Positions 52,409 through 62,586 of a stretch of DNA of 64,000 bases are shown piece by piece. The notes beneath the pieces are model-generated. The model had not been told where the DNA came from and searched no databases. It saw only the letters and a list, made by a program, of their open reading frames with translations. The DNA is from an uncultured Bacteroidales bacterium (lineage in GTDB: Bacteria > Bacteroidota > Bacteroidia > Bacteroidales > WCHB1-69). The position numbers and the translations under genes are program-made. Positions within the stretch are counted from its first letter, which is position 1, and every line of letters starts with the position of its first letter. The stretch is taken from NCBI GenBank assembly GCA_900316305.1, contig ONCM01000005.1, positions 65,295-129,294 on the forward strand, given 5' to 3'.

Positions 52409-53686
52409 TCAATCCATTACGTTTCCGAAAAGGTCATATTCTGCCGCATCCGTGATTTCCACGTTGTAGAATTCTCCGACTGTGAGTGATTGGGATTTGT
52501 CGATGAAGACGGTGTTATCGACATCGGGCGAGTCGAACTCGGTGCGGCCGATGTAGCAGTCGGGTTCCTCGCTGTCAATCAGCACCTTCATAGTGGTTCC
52601 GACGCGGGTCTGATTGATCTCGTAGGAGATTTTCTCCTGAAGTTTCATGATTTCGTTGACGCGCTTGTTCTTTTCGGAAGCCTTGATCGGGTCGCCGAGG
52701 TCGTAGGCGGGCGTGTCTTCCTCTTGGGAGTAAGCGAAAACCCCAAGCCGTTCGAAACGGTTGCGGCGTACGAACTCCACGAGTTCCTTGTGCTGCTCGC
52801 GGGTCTCGGTCGGGTAGCCTGAGATCAGCGTGGTGCGCAACGCGATACCAGGAATGGTCTCGCGGATGCGGGCGATAAGGTCGTAGATGTAGGCCGAGCT
52901 GCCGCCACGCCGCATACTTTGCAGGATGTCGTCGCTCACATGCTGGAACGGAATGTCCAAGTAGCGGCAATATTGCGGGTACTGCTTCATCACCTCCAAT
53001 ATCTCGTAAGGGAAGTTCAGCGGGTAGGCGTAGTGAAGTCGAATCCACTGGATCCCATTCACTTGCGCAAGTTTATCCATCAGGTCGGCGAGTTCGCGCT
53101 TGCCGCTGCGGTCGATGCCGTAGTAGGTGAGGTCTTGGGCAATCAGCATCAGTTCCTTAACTCCCTGGTCGGCAAGACGTTGTGCTTCCTCCACCAAAAG
53201 CGGAATCGGTTTGGAAATCTGCCGGTCGCGGATGAGCGGGATGGAGCAGTATGAGCACTGATGGTCACAGCCTTCGGAAATCTTGAGGTAGGCGTAGTGG
53301 CGCGGAGTCGAGAGCATCCGGTCGGGCGTGTTAAGCAGTTGGAAATCGGGAGATTCCAACAGTTTCGGCAGTTCCGCGAAGGTGAAGAAGCCATCCACCT
53401 CGGGCAACGCCTCTTGCAGTTCCGCCATATTGCGCTGGACAAGGCATCCCACCACGTACAACTTCTTGATTTGGCGGCGTTTCTTGCGCTCAATCTGTTG
53501 CAAAATCTCGTTCACGGACTCTTCCCGCGCGTCGTGGATGAAGCTGCAAGTATTGATGATCACAACATCGGACTTTTGCGCACTTTCGTAATAAAGTTCA
53601 TGTCCGTTGCGGTGCAGCTGCGCGGCCATAACCTCCGAATCCACAACATTCTTGGAACATCCTAGGGTAATAATATTGATAGTCAT
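52409..53686 (-). CDS. rimO: Ribosomal protein S12 methylthiotransferase RimO
   Basis: The start is 'MTINIITLGCSKN' at 53686. A radical-SAM 'CDHQCSYC' motif and a C-terminal TRAM domain are present. Confidence 0.8.
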   Translation of the reverse strand: MTINIITLGCSKNVVDSEVMAAQLHRNGHELYYESAQKSDVVIINTCSFIHDAREESVNEILQQIERKKRRQIKKLYVVGCLVQRNMAELQEALPEVDGFFTFAELPKLLESPDFQLLNTPDRMLSTPRHYAYLKISEGCDHQCSYCSIPLIRDRQISKPIPLLVEEAQRLADQGVKELMLIAQDLTYYGIDRSGKRELADLMDKLAQVNGIQWIRLHYAYPLNFPYEILEVMKQYPQYCRYLDIPFQHVSDDILQSMRRGGSSAYIYDLIARIRETIPGIALRTTLISGYPTETREQHKELVEFVRRNRFERLGVFAYSQEEDTPAYDLGDPIKASEKNKRVNEIMKLQEKISYEINQTRVGTTMKVLIDSEEPDCYIGRTEFDSPDVDNTVFIDKSQSLTVGEFYNVEITDAAEYDLFGNVMD

Positions 53687-53706
53687 ATTTTTCAAATTAC
53701 AGTCGG

Positions 53707-53714
53707 CAAAGATA
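53707..53714 (-). promoter_or_regulatory. -7 promoter box (TATCTTTG) for rimO
   Basis: Plus strand reads caaagata, 21 nt upstream of ATG 53686. Confidence 0.5.
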
Positions 53715-53715
53715 C

Positions 53716-53744
53716 AAAAAAAGCCGCGGTGCAATGCCGCGGCC
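53716..53744 (-). terminator. Intrinsic terminator after the small lipoprotein gene
   Basis: On the minus strand, GCCGCGG-cattgca-CCGCGGC is followed by TTTTTTT. Confidence 0.75.
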
Positions 53745-53766
53745 TTTCTCACTTTGTAAAAACAAA

Positions 53767-53991
53767 TTAGAACAATTTGGATTTGCATTCCAGACCGTTC
53801 TTTGTTCCGTTGATGTCAACAATGGTGTTAAGTTCGGAGCAACTTTTGTAGGTGTCTTTATCCAATTCTTGTTCAGAAGTGGTCGTAACAACACCAGCTA
53901 CATAAAGTTTGCATTCACATTTCTTGTTGCAAGAGGTTGCAACGCCTGCCAGCAATAATGCGGCACCAAAAATTGCCATTACTTTCTTCAT
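53767..53991 (-). CDS. Small Cys-rich lipoprotein, hypothetical
   Basis: 74 aa with lipobox 'ATSC' and four further cysteines. It has its own promoter and terminator. Confidence 0.55.
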   Translation of the reverse strand: MKKVMAIFGAALLLAGVATSCNKKCECKLYVAGVVTTTSEQELDKDTYKSCSELNTIVDINGTKNGLECKSKLF

Positions 53992-54011
53992 TTTCTTTCA
54001 ATTTTAAGGTG

Positions 54012-54027
54012 AATAAATCGATTTATT
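54012..54027. promoter_or_regulatory. Perfect 16-bp palindrome AATAAATCGATTTATT in the leader of the small lipoprotein gene
   Basis: It lies between the -7 box (54036..54043) and ATG 53991. Confidence 0.4.
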
Positions 54028-54035
54028 TTCGCCTG

Positions 54036-54043
54036 CAAAAATA
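54036..54043 (-). promoter_or_regulatory. -7 promoter box (TATTTTTG)
   Basis: Plus strand reads caaaaata. Confidence 0.45.
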
Positions 54044-54107
54044 TACATTTTTTCAAAACAGGATATTTTAACCTTTCTTTTTGCCAACAGTCTTTTGTTT
54101 ATGTTTT

Positions 54108-54156
54108 GATCAATGTCAACAGTCAACAGTCAATGGTCAACAGTCAAAGGTCAAGA
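54108..54156. repeat. Heptamer array (GTCAACA / CAACAGT, 6-7 units)
   Basis: Sequence: gatcaat gtcaaca gtcaaca gtcaatg gtcaaca gtcaaag gtcaaga. Confidence 0.8.
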
Positions 54157-54196
54157 TAAAGAAATTCGAAAAAATACAGACAAATAATATATTTTG

Positions 54197-54204
54197 TATT
54201 TTTG
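54197..54204 (+). promoter_or_regulatory. -7 promoter box (TATTTTTG)
   Basis: 37 nt upstream of ATG 54241. Confidence 0.45.
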
Positions 54205-54240
54205 CCGTCAGAATATTGTTCACCAAAAATTATAGTCAAT

Positions 54241-54708
54241 ATGAAAAAGATTATTCCAATTCTGCTGATCGCTGTGCTGGCCCTGACCGGCTGCACCAAC
54301 AAGAACCAGTATGCCGGCACCTATACCGGTACTTTCAAGTTCTTTAAATTCTCTACTTCTGAGATTATTCCGAATGCAAACCCCACCGACAACAAAAGTG
54401 GCAAAATGCAGTTCCTCACCAACCCGCTGACAAACGGATTGTTCCTCTACAGCGTGATTCCGCTCAACAATGTCACACCTGAACATTATGTTTCCAATAG
54501 CGGTTTGTTGGAATACCTCGATATGCTGCTGGAAAGCATCGGCTACCAAAACAGTATCTACAATGCTGCAACTGAACAAATTAAAAACGTGGCCGTAACA
54601 GCTGACTTCTCCGGAAACAGTGTCCACGCTGAATTGCAGTACGAAATTGAGATTTTGGGTACAATCAATACCCGTATCACAATTGTCACATTTGACGGTG
54701 TAAAATAA
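54241..54708 (+). CDS. Hypothetical lipoprotein
   Basis: The start is 'MKKIIPILLIAVLALTGC' (lipobox) at 54241. Confidence 0.55.
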   Translation: MKKIIPILLIAVLALTGCTNKNQYAGTYTGTFKFFKFSTSEIIPNANPTDNKSGKMQFLTNPLTNGLFLYSVIPLNNVTPEHYVSNSGLLEYLDMLLESIGYQNSIYNAATEQIKNVAVTADFSGNSVHAELQYEIEILGTINTRITIVTFDGVK

Positions 54709-54726
54709 TTTTTTCGCTGTACTGAA

Positions 54727-56232
54727 ATGAAAAAGTGGATTCTTGGGCTGTTCCTCCTTACAGGAGTGGTGTTCTGCCAAGCTCAGGACTCCACTTTTTT
54801 GTATCCTGATGATTACAAAATATTCTACTATCCCAACGGCGTGAAGTCGAGCGAAGGCCGCATCGTCAACGGCAAGCCCGATGGCTATTGGAAATCATAC
54901 AATGAAAAAGGCGTTCTGGTCTCTGAAGGGAACCGCAAAAATTTCCTCCTCGACAGCTTATGGACGTTCTACAACGACGATGCCTCCGTGCGCATGAAAG
55001 TGCATTACAAGGAAGACAAAAAAGACGGGGAACAGATTGTTTATCAGAAAGATGAATATACCGTGACACAGTGGCGGCAAGACTCAATTGTCGGCACGGT
55101 GAATACATACAATATAAATAATGTATTATCGAAAACGGTGCCATACGTAAATGGTCTGCCGCACGGACTGGCCAAGGAGTACAACGACACAGGGCTGGTG
55201 GTGGCGGTAACCAAGTACTACCGCGGGGTGCGCAGCCGTCGCGAGGCCATCAATCGCACCGACAAGTTCGGCCTCAAACAGGGCAGTTGGAAATATTTCT
55301 GGGAGAACGGCAATTTACGCTTGGAGGCCCAGTACCTCAACGACAAAAAGCACGGCTTTTTCAAATATTACGATGAAAATGGCGATTTCCTGTACGTGGA
55401 AAAGTACGAAAACGACCAGTTGGTGAAGGACGCCAAGGAGACCAAGGAGATGCAACGGCGGCAAACGTACCACCCGAACGGACAGGTGGCCATTTCAGCC
55501 ACCTACTACAACGGTCGTCCCGACGGGGTGCGCCGCGACTTCGACTCCACCGGCAAAATCACGAACGGCTATCTCTACGAAGACGGCTGGCTCCGCTACG
55601 AGGGTATCACCGATCTCAACGGACTGCGACAGGGTCTCTGGAAAGAGTACTACCCTACCGGCGAACTGCGTTCCAAGGGCAAATATAAAAACTCCAAACC
55701 CATCGGCGAATGGAACTTCTATTTCCCAGATAAAACGATCGAGATTACAGGCAGTTACAATAGTAAAGGGCAGAAAATCGGCGAATGGATCTGGTTTTAC
55801 CAAAGCGGCGACACGATGACCTTCGCCAACTATGAAGACGGCGAATTGGAAGGCCGATACGTGGAATATGACGAGGAAGGACATCCTGTGACCGAAGGAG
55901 ACTACACGGCCGGGTACGAAGAGGGCGTCTGGAAATTTGTCAATGGAACTTCCATAGAAACAGGAAAATACGAAGGCGGGTTGCGCGAAGGAATCTGGAA
56001 AACATGGTTTGAGAACGGTAAAATCGCCTCCGAAATCCATTATTCCGATGACTTGCTGGATGGGAAATACACTCTTTATTGGGAAAATGGCAATATTCGC
56101 CTGACTGGAAAATATGAGCACGGGCTTCAGGAAGGCATCTGGCAACTTTACAATGAGGATGGAATTTTAGAGATAACTACCTTATTTAGTGAAGGTAAGG
56201 AATTAAAATGGAATAACTATACAATAAAATAG
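54727..56232 (+). CDS. MORN-repeat-variant (YwqK-like) repeat protein, secreted
   Basis: Signal peptide present, followed by many repeats of the 'G.WK.YY.NG.L..EG.Y..GK..G.W' type. Confidence 0.75.
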   Translation: MKKWILGLFLLTGVVFCQAQDSTFLYPDDYKIFYYPNGVKSSEGRIVNGKPDGYWKSYNEKGVLVSEGNRKNFLLDSLWTFYNDDASVRMKVHYKEDKKDGEQIVYQKDEYTVTQWRQDSIVGTVNTYNINNVLSKTVPYVNGLPHGLAKEYNDTGLVVAVTKYYRGVRSRREAINRTDKFGLKQGSWKYFWENGNLRLEAQYLNDKKHGFFKYYDENGDFLYVEKYENDQLVKDAKETKEMQRRQTYHPNGQVAISATYYNGRPDGVRRDFDSTGKITNGYLYEDGWLRYEGITDLNGLRQGLWKEYYPTGELRSKGKYKNSKPIGEWNFYFPDKTIEITGSYNSKGQKIGEWIWFYQSGDTMTFANYEDGELEGRYVEYDEEGHPVTEGDYTAGYEEGVWKFVNGTSIETGKYEGGLREGIWKTWFENGKIASEIHYSDDLLDGKYTLYWENGNIRLTGKYEHGLQEGIWQLYNEDGILEITTLFSEGKELKWNNYTIK

Positions 56233-56256
56233 AAGGCCGCGCGTTTAAAAAAATCG

Positions 56257-56264
56257 TATTTTTG
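56257..56264 (+). promoter_or_regulatory. -7 promoter box (TATTTTTG)
   Basis: 109 nt upstream of ATG 56373. Confidence 0.35.
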
Positions 56265-56372
56265 TGGCCTCAAAAATCAATCTGTTTACTTATCTTGCAT
56301 TATAACGGATTGCTCTTTTTTGGCTCATGACTTATTAAAGTCTTGATTTTTATTGTTTTATAAATTTGAAAT

Positions 56373-57992
56373 ATGAAATGTAGAATAATAATATTGACGT
56401 TGATTTGTGGTTTTATATGGAATCTGCGCGCACAGGGTGACCTCACGCCGAAAGATTCCGCAGCCGCCAACGCCGCAGAAGAGAGTCTGGAAATTTTTAC
56501 CCGCAACGAAATCCGCTTGATGGATTCGTTGCTGAACGTCTGGTACGTAAAACGCGACCTGGCCTCCCAAAACTCCGTACTCTCCAAACTGACCGACGAC
56601 ACCACTAAATATGACAACAACGACTCATTGATCTATAAACGTCTCTGTCAGATACATACGCCTATCGTAGTGGCCTACAACGACCGTGTGAAACGTTTCA
56701 TTGAACTTTATTCCGTGCAACGCCAACGCAGCTCATCTGTCATTTTGGGGCTGGCGCAATACTATTACCCGTGGATGAAGGCCATCTTCGACAAATACGA
56801 TCTGCCGGAAGAGTTAGTCTATATCACCATTATCGAGTCTGCGTTGAATCCTACGGCTGTTTCGAAAGCGGGAGCCACCGGCATTTGGCAGTTCATGTAC
56901 GGTACCGGCAAACTTTACGGGCTGGAGGTGAACTCATACGTGGACGACCGCCGCGACCCCTACAAAGCCACCGACGCCGCTGCACGCCACTTCCGCGACC
57001 TCTATAACATCTTCGGTGATTGGGGTTTAGCCATCTCCGCATACAACTGCGGTGCGGGCAACGTGCGTAAGGCCATCCAGCGCTCTGGCGGCAAAACCGA
57101 CTTCTGGGGTGTCTATCCCTATCTGCCTCGTGAAACACAGAACTACTTCCCCGCCTTTATCGGGGCCATGTACATGATGACCTACCACAACCTCTATGGC
57201 ATCCAGCCGGCACAAATCTCCATCCCCTTTGATGTTGACACCGTCATGATCAACAAGGAAACCCACTTCCGTCAAATCGCTGAAGTGTTGAACGTTAGCT
57301 ACGACGAAATCAAATCACTGAACCCGCAATACAAGAAAGAAATTATTCCTGCCTTTACAGAAGCCATGCCGTTGCGACTCCGCTCCAACGACCTGCTCCT
57401 CTACATCGCCATGAGCGATTCCGTCTCCAATTACAACTACGATTTGTACTTTAACCCGACCAAGAATCTGAACACCGTTGTCGCCAACGAAACTGTCTCT
57501 GACGATGACATGATGATTGTACAACAGACCCCGAACAAGTATCACGTTGTCAAAAAAGGAGAAACTTTGGGTAAAATTGCCGCAAAATACCATACTACAG
57601 TTAACAGTATCAAATCCCTAAACCATCTGCGTAGCACAAGCTTGCGCATCGGACAACGTCTTCTGGTGAAAAAAGGGACAACCGTCAAAGTGCCGAATCC
57701 CAACGCGAAACCTGCCACTCAGGATTCCACGAAAATGATGGCTCAGAACAGTGCAACTGATTCAGTAACTGTTAAAGATTCCTCAAACGTGCAACCGGCC
57801 AAACCTCAACCGGTTATCAAACCAGTGCAACAACAGGTAAACTACACCTCATACACCATCCGTCAGGGTGACACACTCTCCTCTATCGCCAGACGTTACG
57901 GAACCACCGCTAACGACTTGGCAGAATACAACAACCTGACCAACAAGGATGCTCTCAGAATCGGACAAAAGCTGAAAATCCCCCAAAAATAA
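56373..57992 (+). CDS. Lytic transglycosylase (SLT domain) with two LysM domains, MltD-like
   Basis: SLT core 'IIESALNPTAVSKAGATGIWQFM'. LysM domains: 'YHVVKKGETLGKIAAKY' and 'YTIRQGDTLSSIARRY'. Confidence 0.8.
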   Translation: MKCRIIILTLICGFIWNLRAQGDLTPKDSAAANAAEESLEIFTRNEIRLMDSLLNVWYVKRDLASQNSVLSKLTDDTTKYDNNDSLIYKRLCQIHTPIVVAYNDRVKRFIELYSVQRQRSSSVILGLAQYYYPWMKAIFDKYDLPEELVYITIIESALNPTAVSKAGATGIWQFMYGTGKLYGLEVNSYVDDRRDPYKATDAAARHFRDLYNIFGDWGLAISAYNCGAGNVRKAIQRSGGKTDFWGVYPYLPRETQNYFPAFIGAMYMMTYHNLYGIQPAQISIPFDVDTVMINKETHFRQIAEVLNVSYDEIKSLNPQYKKEIIPAFTEAMPLRLRSNDLLLYIAMSDSVSNYNYDLYFNPTKNLNTVVANETVSDDDMMIVQQTPNKYHVVKKGETLGKIAAKYHTTVNSIKSLNHLRSTSLRIGQRLLVKKGTTVKVPNPNAKPATQDSTKMMAQNSATDSVTVKDSSNVQPAKPQPVIKPVQQQVNYTSYTIRQGDTLSSIARRYGTTANDLAEYNNLTNKDALRIGQKLKIPQK

Positions 57993-58016
57993 AACCAGTT
58001 TGACGTTTCACCGTCT

Positions 58017-58044
58017 GTAGAGACGTTTCTTGAAACGTCTCTGC
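58017..58044. repeat. GTAGAGACG-family palindrome (degenerate)
   Basis: Sequence gtagagacgtttcttgaaacgtctctgc. Confidence 0.7.
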
Positions 58045-58063
58045 CGGAAAACATAGAGCAATC

Positions 58064-59599
58064 ATGGGCATAGTCATCAAACAGAGCATCAGAGGCACTC
58101 TCGTCAACTACTTGGGAGTGGCCATCGGCTTTGTCACCACTTTTTTTATTGTCACCGCCTACCTGACACAAGAAGAGGTCGGACTGACACGTGTGTTGAT
58201 TGACGCCGCCATCCTCTTCTCCAGTTTCGCTCAGCTCGGCACCAGCTCATCCATCATCCGGTTTTTCCCCTTTTTCAAAGACGAAAAGGCCAAACATCAC
58301 GGATTCTTCTTTTGGACACTGATAGTTCCGTTTTTCGGTTTTTTAGTGTTTTTACTCGTTGCAAAATGTTTGCAAGGAACTATCATTCAAACATTTTCGA
58401 AAAATTCCGAACTGTTTGTCACCTACTACAGGTTCGTGTTTCCTCTATCGTTATTTATGCTGTATCAGGGCGTCTTCGAGGCCAACGCCAATGTGCTGAT
58501 GCGCATCGTCGTACCAAAATTCGTGCGAGAAGTCGGCGTTCGTATCGGTCTGCTCATCAGCTATTTACTGTACGGCTATTGGAATATTATTGATCTTAAT
58601 GGGCTGGTCATCGGTGTCTGCATCACCTATTTCCTCGCTGCCCTCGTCGATTTCTTTTACCTGCTCACATTAGGCAGAATTTCTTTTAAGCCTGATTTCA
58701 AGATATTTACCAAGCCTTTACTGAAAAACATTCTTTTTTACACACTTTTTCTGCTACTGAACGCCATTACTGTGAACGTGATGCCGCTACTCAACACATT
58801 CTTCCTCAGCGCCGGCATGGGGCTCTCTTTCACCGGTATTTATGCTATCGCCAACTATATCGCCACGGTGGTGGAAATACCCAACCGCTCACTTAACGCC
58901 ATCGTTCAGCCCGAAATCTCAGAAACAATCAAAAACAACGATTTCCAACACACTGAAAAGCTCTGCAAATCTGTATCTTTACACCTTATGCTTTCCAGTG
59001 CGCTCATCTTTTTCTTCATCTGGATTAACCTTGATGCGCTGTTCCTCCTGCTGCCCAATGGCGAACAATATGAGGCGGGCAAAAGCGTGGTCACCATCCT
59101 TGGCCTTGCAAAAATAATCGGTTCCACGCTGTTTGTCAGTTCCAGCGCCCTAAACTACTCCAAATATTACTACTGGTCGTTCGTTTTCACTGTAATGCTA
59201 ACCAGTATGGCTATAGCACTGAATGTGCTCCTGATTCCCCGAATGGGCATGGACGGTGCTGCACTCTCACAACTGATTTCCTATCTGGTTTTCTATCTGT
59301 GTCTTATAGTAGTGGTCAAAATAAAAATTAACATCGGCATTTTTTCCACAGCGCATCTCAAAGTTCTGGCACTGATGGCCGGTCTCGTGCTACTGAATTA
59401 CCTCTGCATCACCATTTTCCAACCCGTATTCTATAAACTGCCCTGCTCACACACTGCGGCCATATTCACCGAAACAATCGTGAGAAGCGCATTTATCCTG
59501 ACGGTATCCATCATCGTATGCTATAAAATGAGCATTTCAGAGGAAGTCAACCGCCTCATCCGAAAAGCATTCAGAATCCACCCAACCGTTAACCATTAA
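58064..59599 (+). CDS. MOP-superfamily (Wzx/MurJ-like) oligosaccharide flippase
   Basis: 511 aa with about 14 TM segments. No closer assignment. Confidence 0.6.
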   Translation: MGIVIKQSIRGTLVNYLGVAIGFVTTFFIVTAYLTQEEVGLTRVLIDAAILFSSFAQLGTSSSIIRFFPFFKDEKAKHHGFFFWTLIVPFFGFLVFLLVAKCLQGTIIQTFSKNSELFVTYYRFVFPLSLFMLYQGVFEANANVLMRIVVPKFVREVGVRIGLLISYLLYGYWNIIDLNGLVIGVCITYFLAALVDFFYLLTLGRISFKPDFKIFTKPLLKNILFYTLFLLLNAITVNVMPLLNTFFLSAGMGLSFTGIYAIANYIATVVEIPNRSLNAIVQPEISETIKNNDFQHTEKLCKSVSLHLMLSSALIFFFIWINLDALFLLLPNGEQYEAGKSVVTILGLAKIIGSTLFVSSSALNYSKYYYWSFVFTVMLTSMAIALNVLLIPRMGMDGAALSQLISYLVFYLCLIVVVKIKINIGIFSTAHLKVLALMAGLVLLNYLCITIFQPVFYKLPCSHTAAIFTETIVRSAFILTVSIIVCYKMSISEEVNRLIRKAFRIHPTVNH

Positions 59600-59613
59600 C
59601 CGTTAACCGTTTT
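59586..59613. repeat. Heptamer array (CCGTTAA x3-4)
   Basis: Sequence: ccgttaa ccattaa ccgttaa ccgtttt. It contains the flippase stop codon. Confidence 0.7.
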
Positions 59614-60440
59614 TATTGTCTTGCAAACTTTTTCTCCAACGCTACCTCATGGTAGATTTGGGTGATGACCTCTTTAGTGTATAACGGGAAATCGGCCTTC
59701 ATCATCCAATCGTAGTAGGCGGGTTCGGTTCTGAACACCTCGCTAACCGGACGGTTTTTGTGCTTTCCAAAGTTGAAAACCGGACGCTGTTGCGCATCCA
59801 TTACGATATGTCCAGCCAAATCAACCGTCTGACGCTCAGTCGTGAACGCACTCAACGCCTTCACGTCGTTCTGCACAGGCACATACGTACGCTTGCTATG
59901 ACGGTCGGTATATTCCACCCCGTCATATTTGTCCAATTGAGCCTTCAAGACCTCGTAAGTAGCTCGGGTATCGGCCGTTGCCTGATGAGCATCGGTCAGA
60001 TCGGCATTGCAATAGAACTTATAAGCAGCCACCAAGTTGCGGGGCTCCATCTTATGGAAAATATTCTGGACATCAATGAGATAACGGTTCCGCAAATCGA
60101 AACGGCGACCGCAACGCAGAAACTCCTCCACGAGCAACGGCACATCGAACTTGTTGGAGTTGAAGCCAGCCAAATCCGCATCCCCGATAAATGCGACCAA
60201 ATCGTCAGCAAGCTGCTCAAACGTGGGCTTGTCGCGCACATCTTCGTCCGTGATCCCATGAATGGCGGAACACTCCTCCGGAATCGGCACCTCAGGGTTG
60301 ATGAGCTCCGTACGACTGATTTCCTCCCCGTCGGGCATAATTTTCAACAGTGAAATTTCTACGATTTTATCTTTTCCGACATTCAAGCCGGTGGTTTCCA
60401 AATCAAAAAAGACCAAAGGTCTGGTTAAATTGAACTTCAT
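59613..60440 (-). CDS. DnaQ-like 3'-5' exonuclease
   Basis: The start is 'MKFNLTRPLVFFDLETTG' (ExoI motif) at 60440. 'HGITDEDV' is also present. Confidence 0.75.
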   Translation of the reverse strand: MKFNLTRPLVFFDLETTGLNVGKDKIVEISLLKIMPDGEEISRTELINPEVPIPEECSAIHGITDEDVRDKPTFEQLADDLVAFIGDADLAGFNSNKFDVPLLVEEFLRCGRRFDLRNRYLIDVQNIFHKMEPRNLVAAYKFYCNADLTDAHQATADTRATYEVLKAQLDKYDGVEYTDRHSKRTYVPVQNDVKALSAFTTERQTVDLAGHIVMDAQQRPVFNFGKHKNRPVSEVFRTEPAYYDWMMKADFPLYTKEVITQIYHEVALEKKFARQ

Positions 60441-60441
60441 A

Positions 60442-62565
60442 TTATTTTTTGATAATTTTTTTGGTGACAATATGTTGATTCTTAGAAGAAAGCTGTACAA
60501 AATAGATACCGGAAGGAAGCTTTTCCAACGATAACATATTGGATTGCAATATGCCAGTTTCGAGGCACTGTCCAAAAGCATTCGTTATAGTATAGCTCAT
60601 ATTTTCTTCATAATCAGAAGATTCAATATGCACTATTCCAGTTGTCGGATTAGGATAAAGAGTAACATCTGAACGATTATCGTGAGGTTTCACACCAGAA
60701 TGGTCAAAAGACTTACCGACCACAGGACGAATCATGGGCGCACCTTTGTAGTACGACTCCATCCACAAGGAAGCCGTGCGGTAGAAAAACTTACCACGCG
60801 CGTCATTGTTTTGGTCAAAACCGATATTCAGCTGAACATCATTGTACTGGCGAAAACCCACATAGAATGTTCCTGAGATGGCAAGAGGGGTTTCGAGGTA
60901 ATAAGGGACGAAATCGAGGTAATCCTCCGCAAAGGCCGGCAATTGTCCCGGCATCTCATACAAAACATTACCAGGAAGACCGTTGTCATCGTCCCAAACC
61001 ACCAACATAAATTCGGCCACATTCTCATCGTTCAACGTATGGTTGAACCACATCCGTACTGCCTGCAAGGTATCAGGCTCCGCCAAAGTGAACTTCATTG
61101 CAAAAGAGACATCAGGACTCGTCATGGCGGAGATCAGTCCATAACCAGCTTCCGCCGTGCCGTCATCGTAGGCATAATAGTTGTAGAACTTCTGTTCAAA
61201 ACGAGAAGTGTCGTTAGACCGGCAATCGTCATTACCACCCACCATACTGAACACATGTGTGATGGTGAACACCGCACTGTCCGCCCCATCATATTCGTAA
61301 GCCATCTCCAGATTCGGATTCGCATGGTTTTCGTATTGATGGAGCCCATTAGTAGAATACGGTAGCGCATTCTCATTATTCAGCGGGTAAACATAGATGG
61401 TCTGTTCGTGATTCTTGACAATATTATACGTATAATAAGTGTTGCGAACCGTATTCGACAGATTACTTAAATCGTTATGGAACTTCGTAATCATGTCTGT
61501 CGGGCGATATTGTCTCCAAGGCATAGCCTGATATTCCGTCAGTGAGGAGATGGACGGGCTGACATAGGTTACGTCAACAGGATAAATATCGTTAATCGTG
61601 CGGTTTAGATCCAACTTCACGTAATCGATATTCCATTGGTCACAGTTGCTGGACCAACCCACGATATTGGCAGCCGACCACGAGTCAAGATCCAAACTGC
61701 CGAAATTGCGGAAACGGAACTGGAAGTTATCACGAAGATACTGCTCATCCGTAATCGGGATCATCACCAACTTAAAATACTCATAAGGATTTTCAGCCAC
61801 CCAATCACTCACGTTGCAACCGTTGGACGACCAAACCTCATTCCAAACATATTCGTCCACGAAGATGGAATCTGCAGGTATGAGGATAATTTCGCCGGCG
61901 TAAACACTAGTCTCAAACACATAATAAGTGCCTGGCATAAAAGGATTTTCTATTGTATCGCCTGCAGAATAAGACGCTTCGACCACATATTCTCCCATTT
62001 CGTAGCCGGCAAAGGCCGTATCACCGGTAGCATAGCCGAACTCCAGCACCAACTTGTCGAAAGTTTCGGGCGCGTCACCCACCACTTCCCAACCGCCAGC
62101 AGGATACGTTTTGCTGGCACCAGCGGGTTGATAATAGAAACTCAGATAGAGGGAATCCGAAACCTGCATAGGACGATGCTGAACGAAATTACTATCCAAT
62201 CGTATCTTGTTGGATGTCAGCGTATCCGCAGGAAAAGGGGATGGGATGGCATGTTTATATACTTGACCATACTCGTCAAGGATGTCCAACGTCACCACAC
62301 CGATTGAGGGTGGATAAACCGAAAACCCAGTGTTGACATACCCTAGCCGGTCTTGCCACAATTTGGGATCAGGATAACCAGTGTAATTGGAAAAATCATC
62401 AAAAAAAGGCAATTTGACCGTCTCAGAAGAGCGCATGGGAATACCCTTCTTCGCCATCTTCACAATCGGCACATTCTGCGCCACCCCGGTCAAAACCTCC
62501 TGTGTCATTCCCCAAAAGGGAATCCATAATAGAAAAAAGATGCTAATCGTTCGTTTAATGTTCAT
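60442..62565 (-). CDS. Secreted protein with a T9SS type-A C-terminal sorting domain, function unknown
   Basis: Signal peptide present. The C-terminus 'LYPNPTTGIVHIE...LPSGIYFVQL...KKIIKK' matches the Por_Secre_tail pattern. Confidence 0.7.
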   Translation of the reverse strand: MNIKRTISIFFLLWIPFWGMTQEVLTGVAQNVPIVKMAKKGIPMRSSETVKLPFFDDFSNYTGYPDPKLWQDRLGYVNTGFSVYPPSIGVVTLDILDEYGQVYKHAIPSPFPADTLTSNKIRLDSNFVQHRPMQVSDSLYLSFYYQPAGASKTYPAGGWEVVGDAPETFDKLVLEFGYATGDTAFAGYEMGEYVVEASYSAGDTIENPFMPGTYYVFETSVYAGEIILIPADSIFVDEYVWNEVWSSNGCNVSDWVAENPYEYFKLVMIPITDEQYLRDNFQFRFRNFGSLDLDSWSAANIVGWSSNCDQWNIDYVKLDLNRTINDIYPVDVTYVSPSISSLTEYQAMPWRQYRPTDMITKFHNDLSNLSNTVRNTYYTYNIVKNHEQTIYVYPLNNENALPYSTNGLHQYENHANPNLEMAYEYDGADSAVFTITHVFSMVGGNDDCRSNDTSRFEQKFYNYYAYDDGTAEAGYGLISAMTSPDVSFAMKFTLAEPDTLQAVRMWFNHTLNDENVAEFMLVVWDDDNGLPGNVLYEMPGQLPAFAEDYLDFVPYYLETPLAISGTFYVGFRQYNDVQLNIGFDQNNDARGKFFYRTASLWMESYYKGAPMIRPVVGKSFDHSGVKPHDNRSDVTLYPNPTTGIVHIESSDYEENMSYTITNAFGQCLETGILQSNMLSLEKLPSGIYFVQLSSKNQHIVTKKIIKK

Positions 62566-62586
62566 AAATGCATTTGTTTAAGATGG

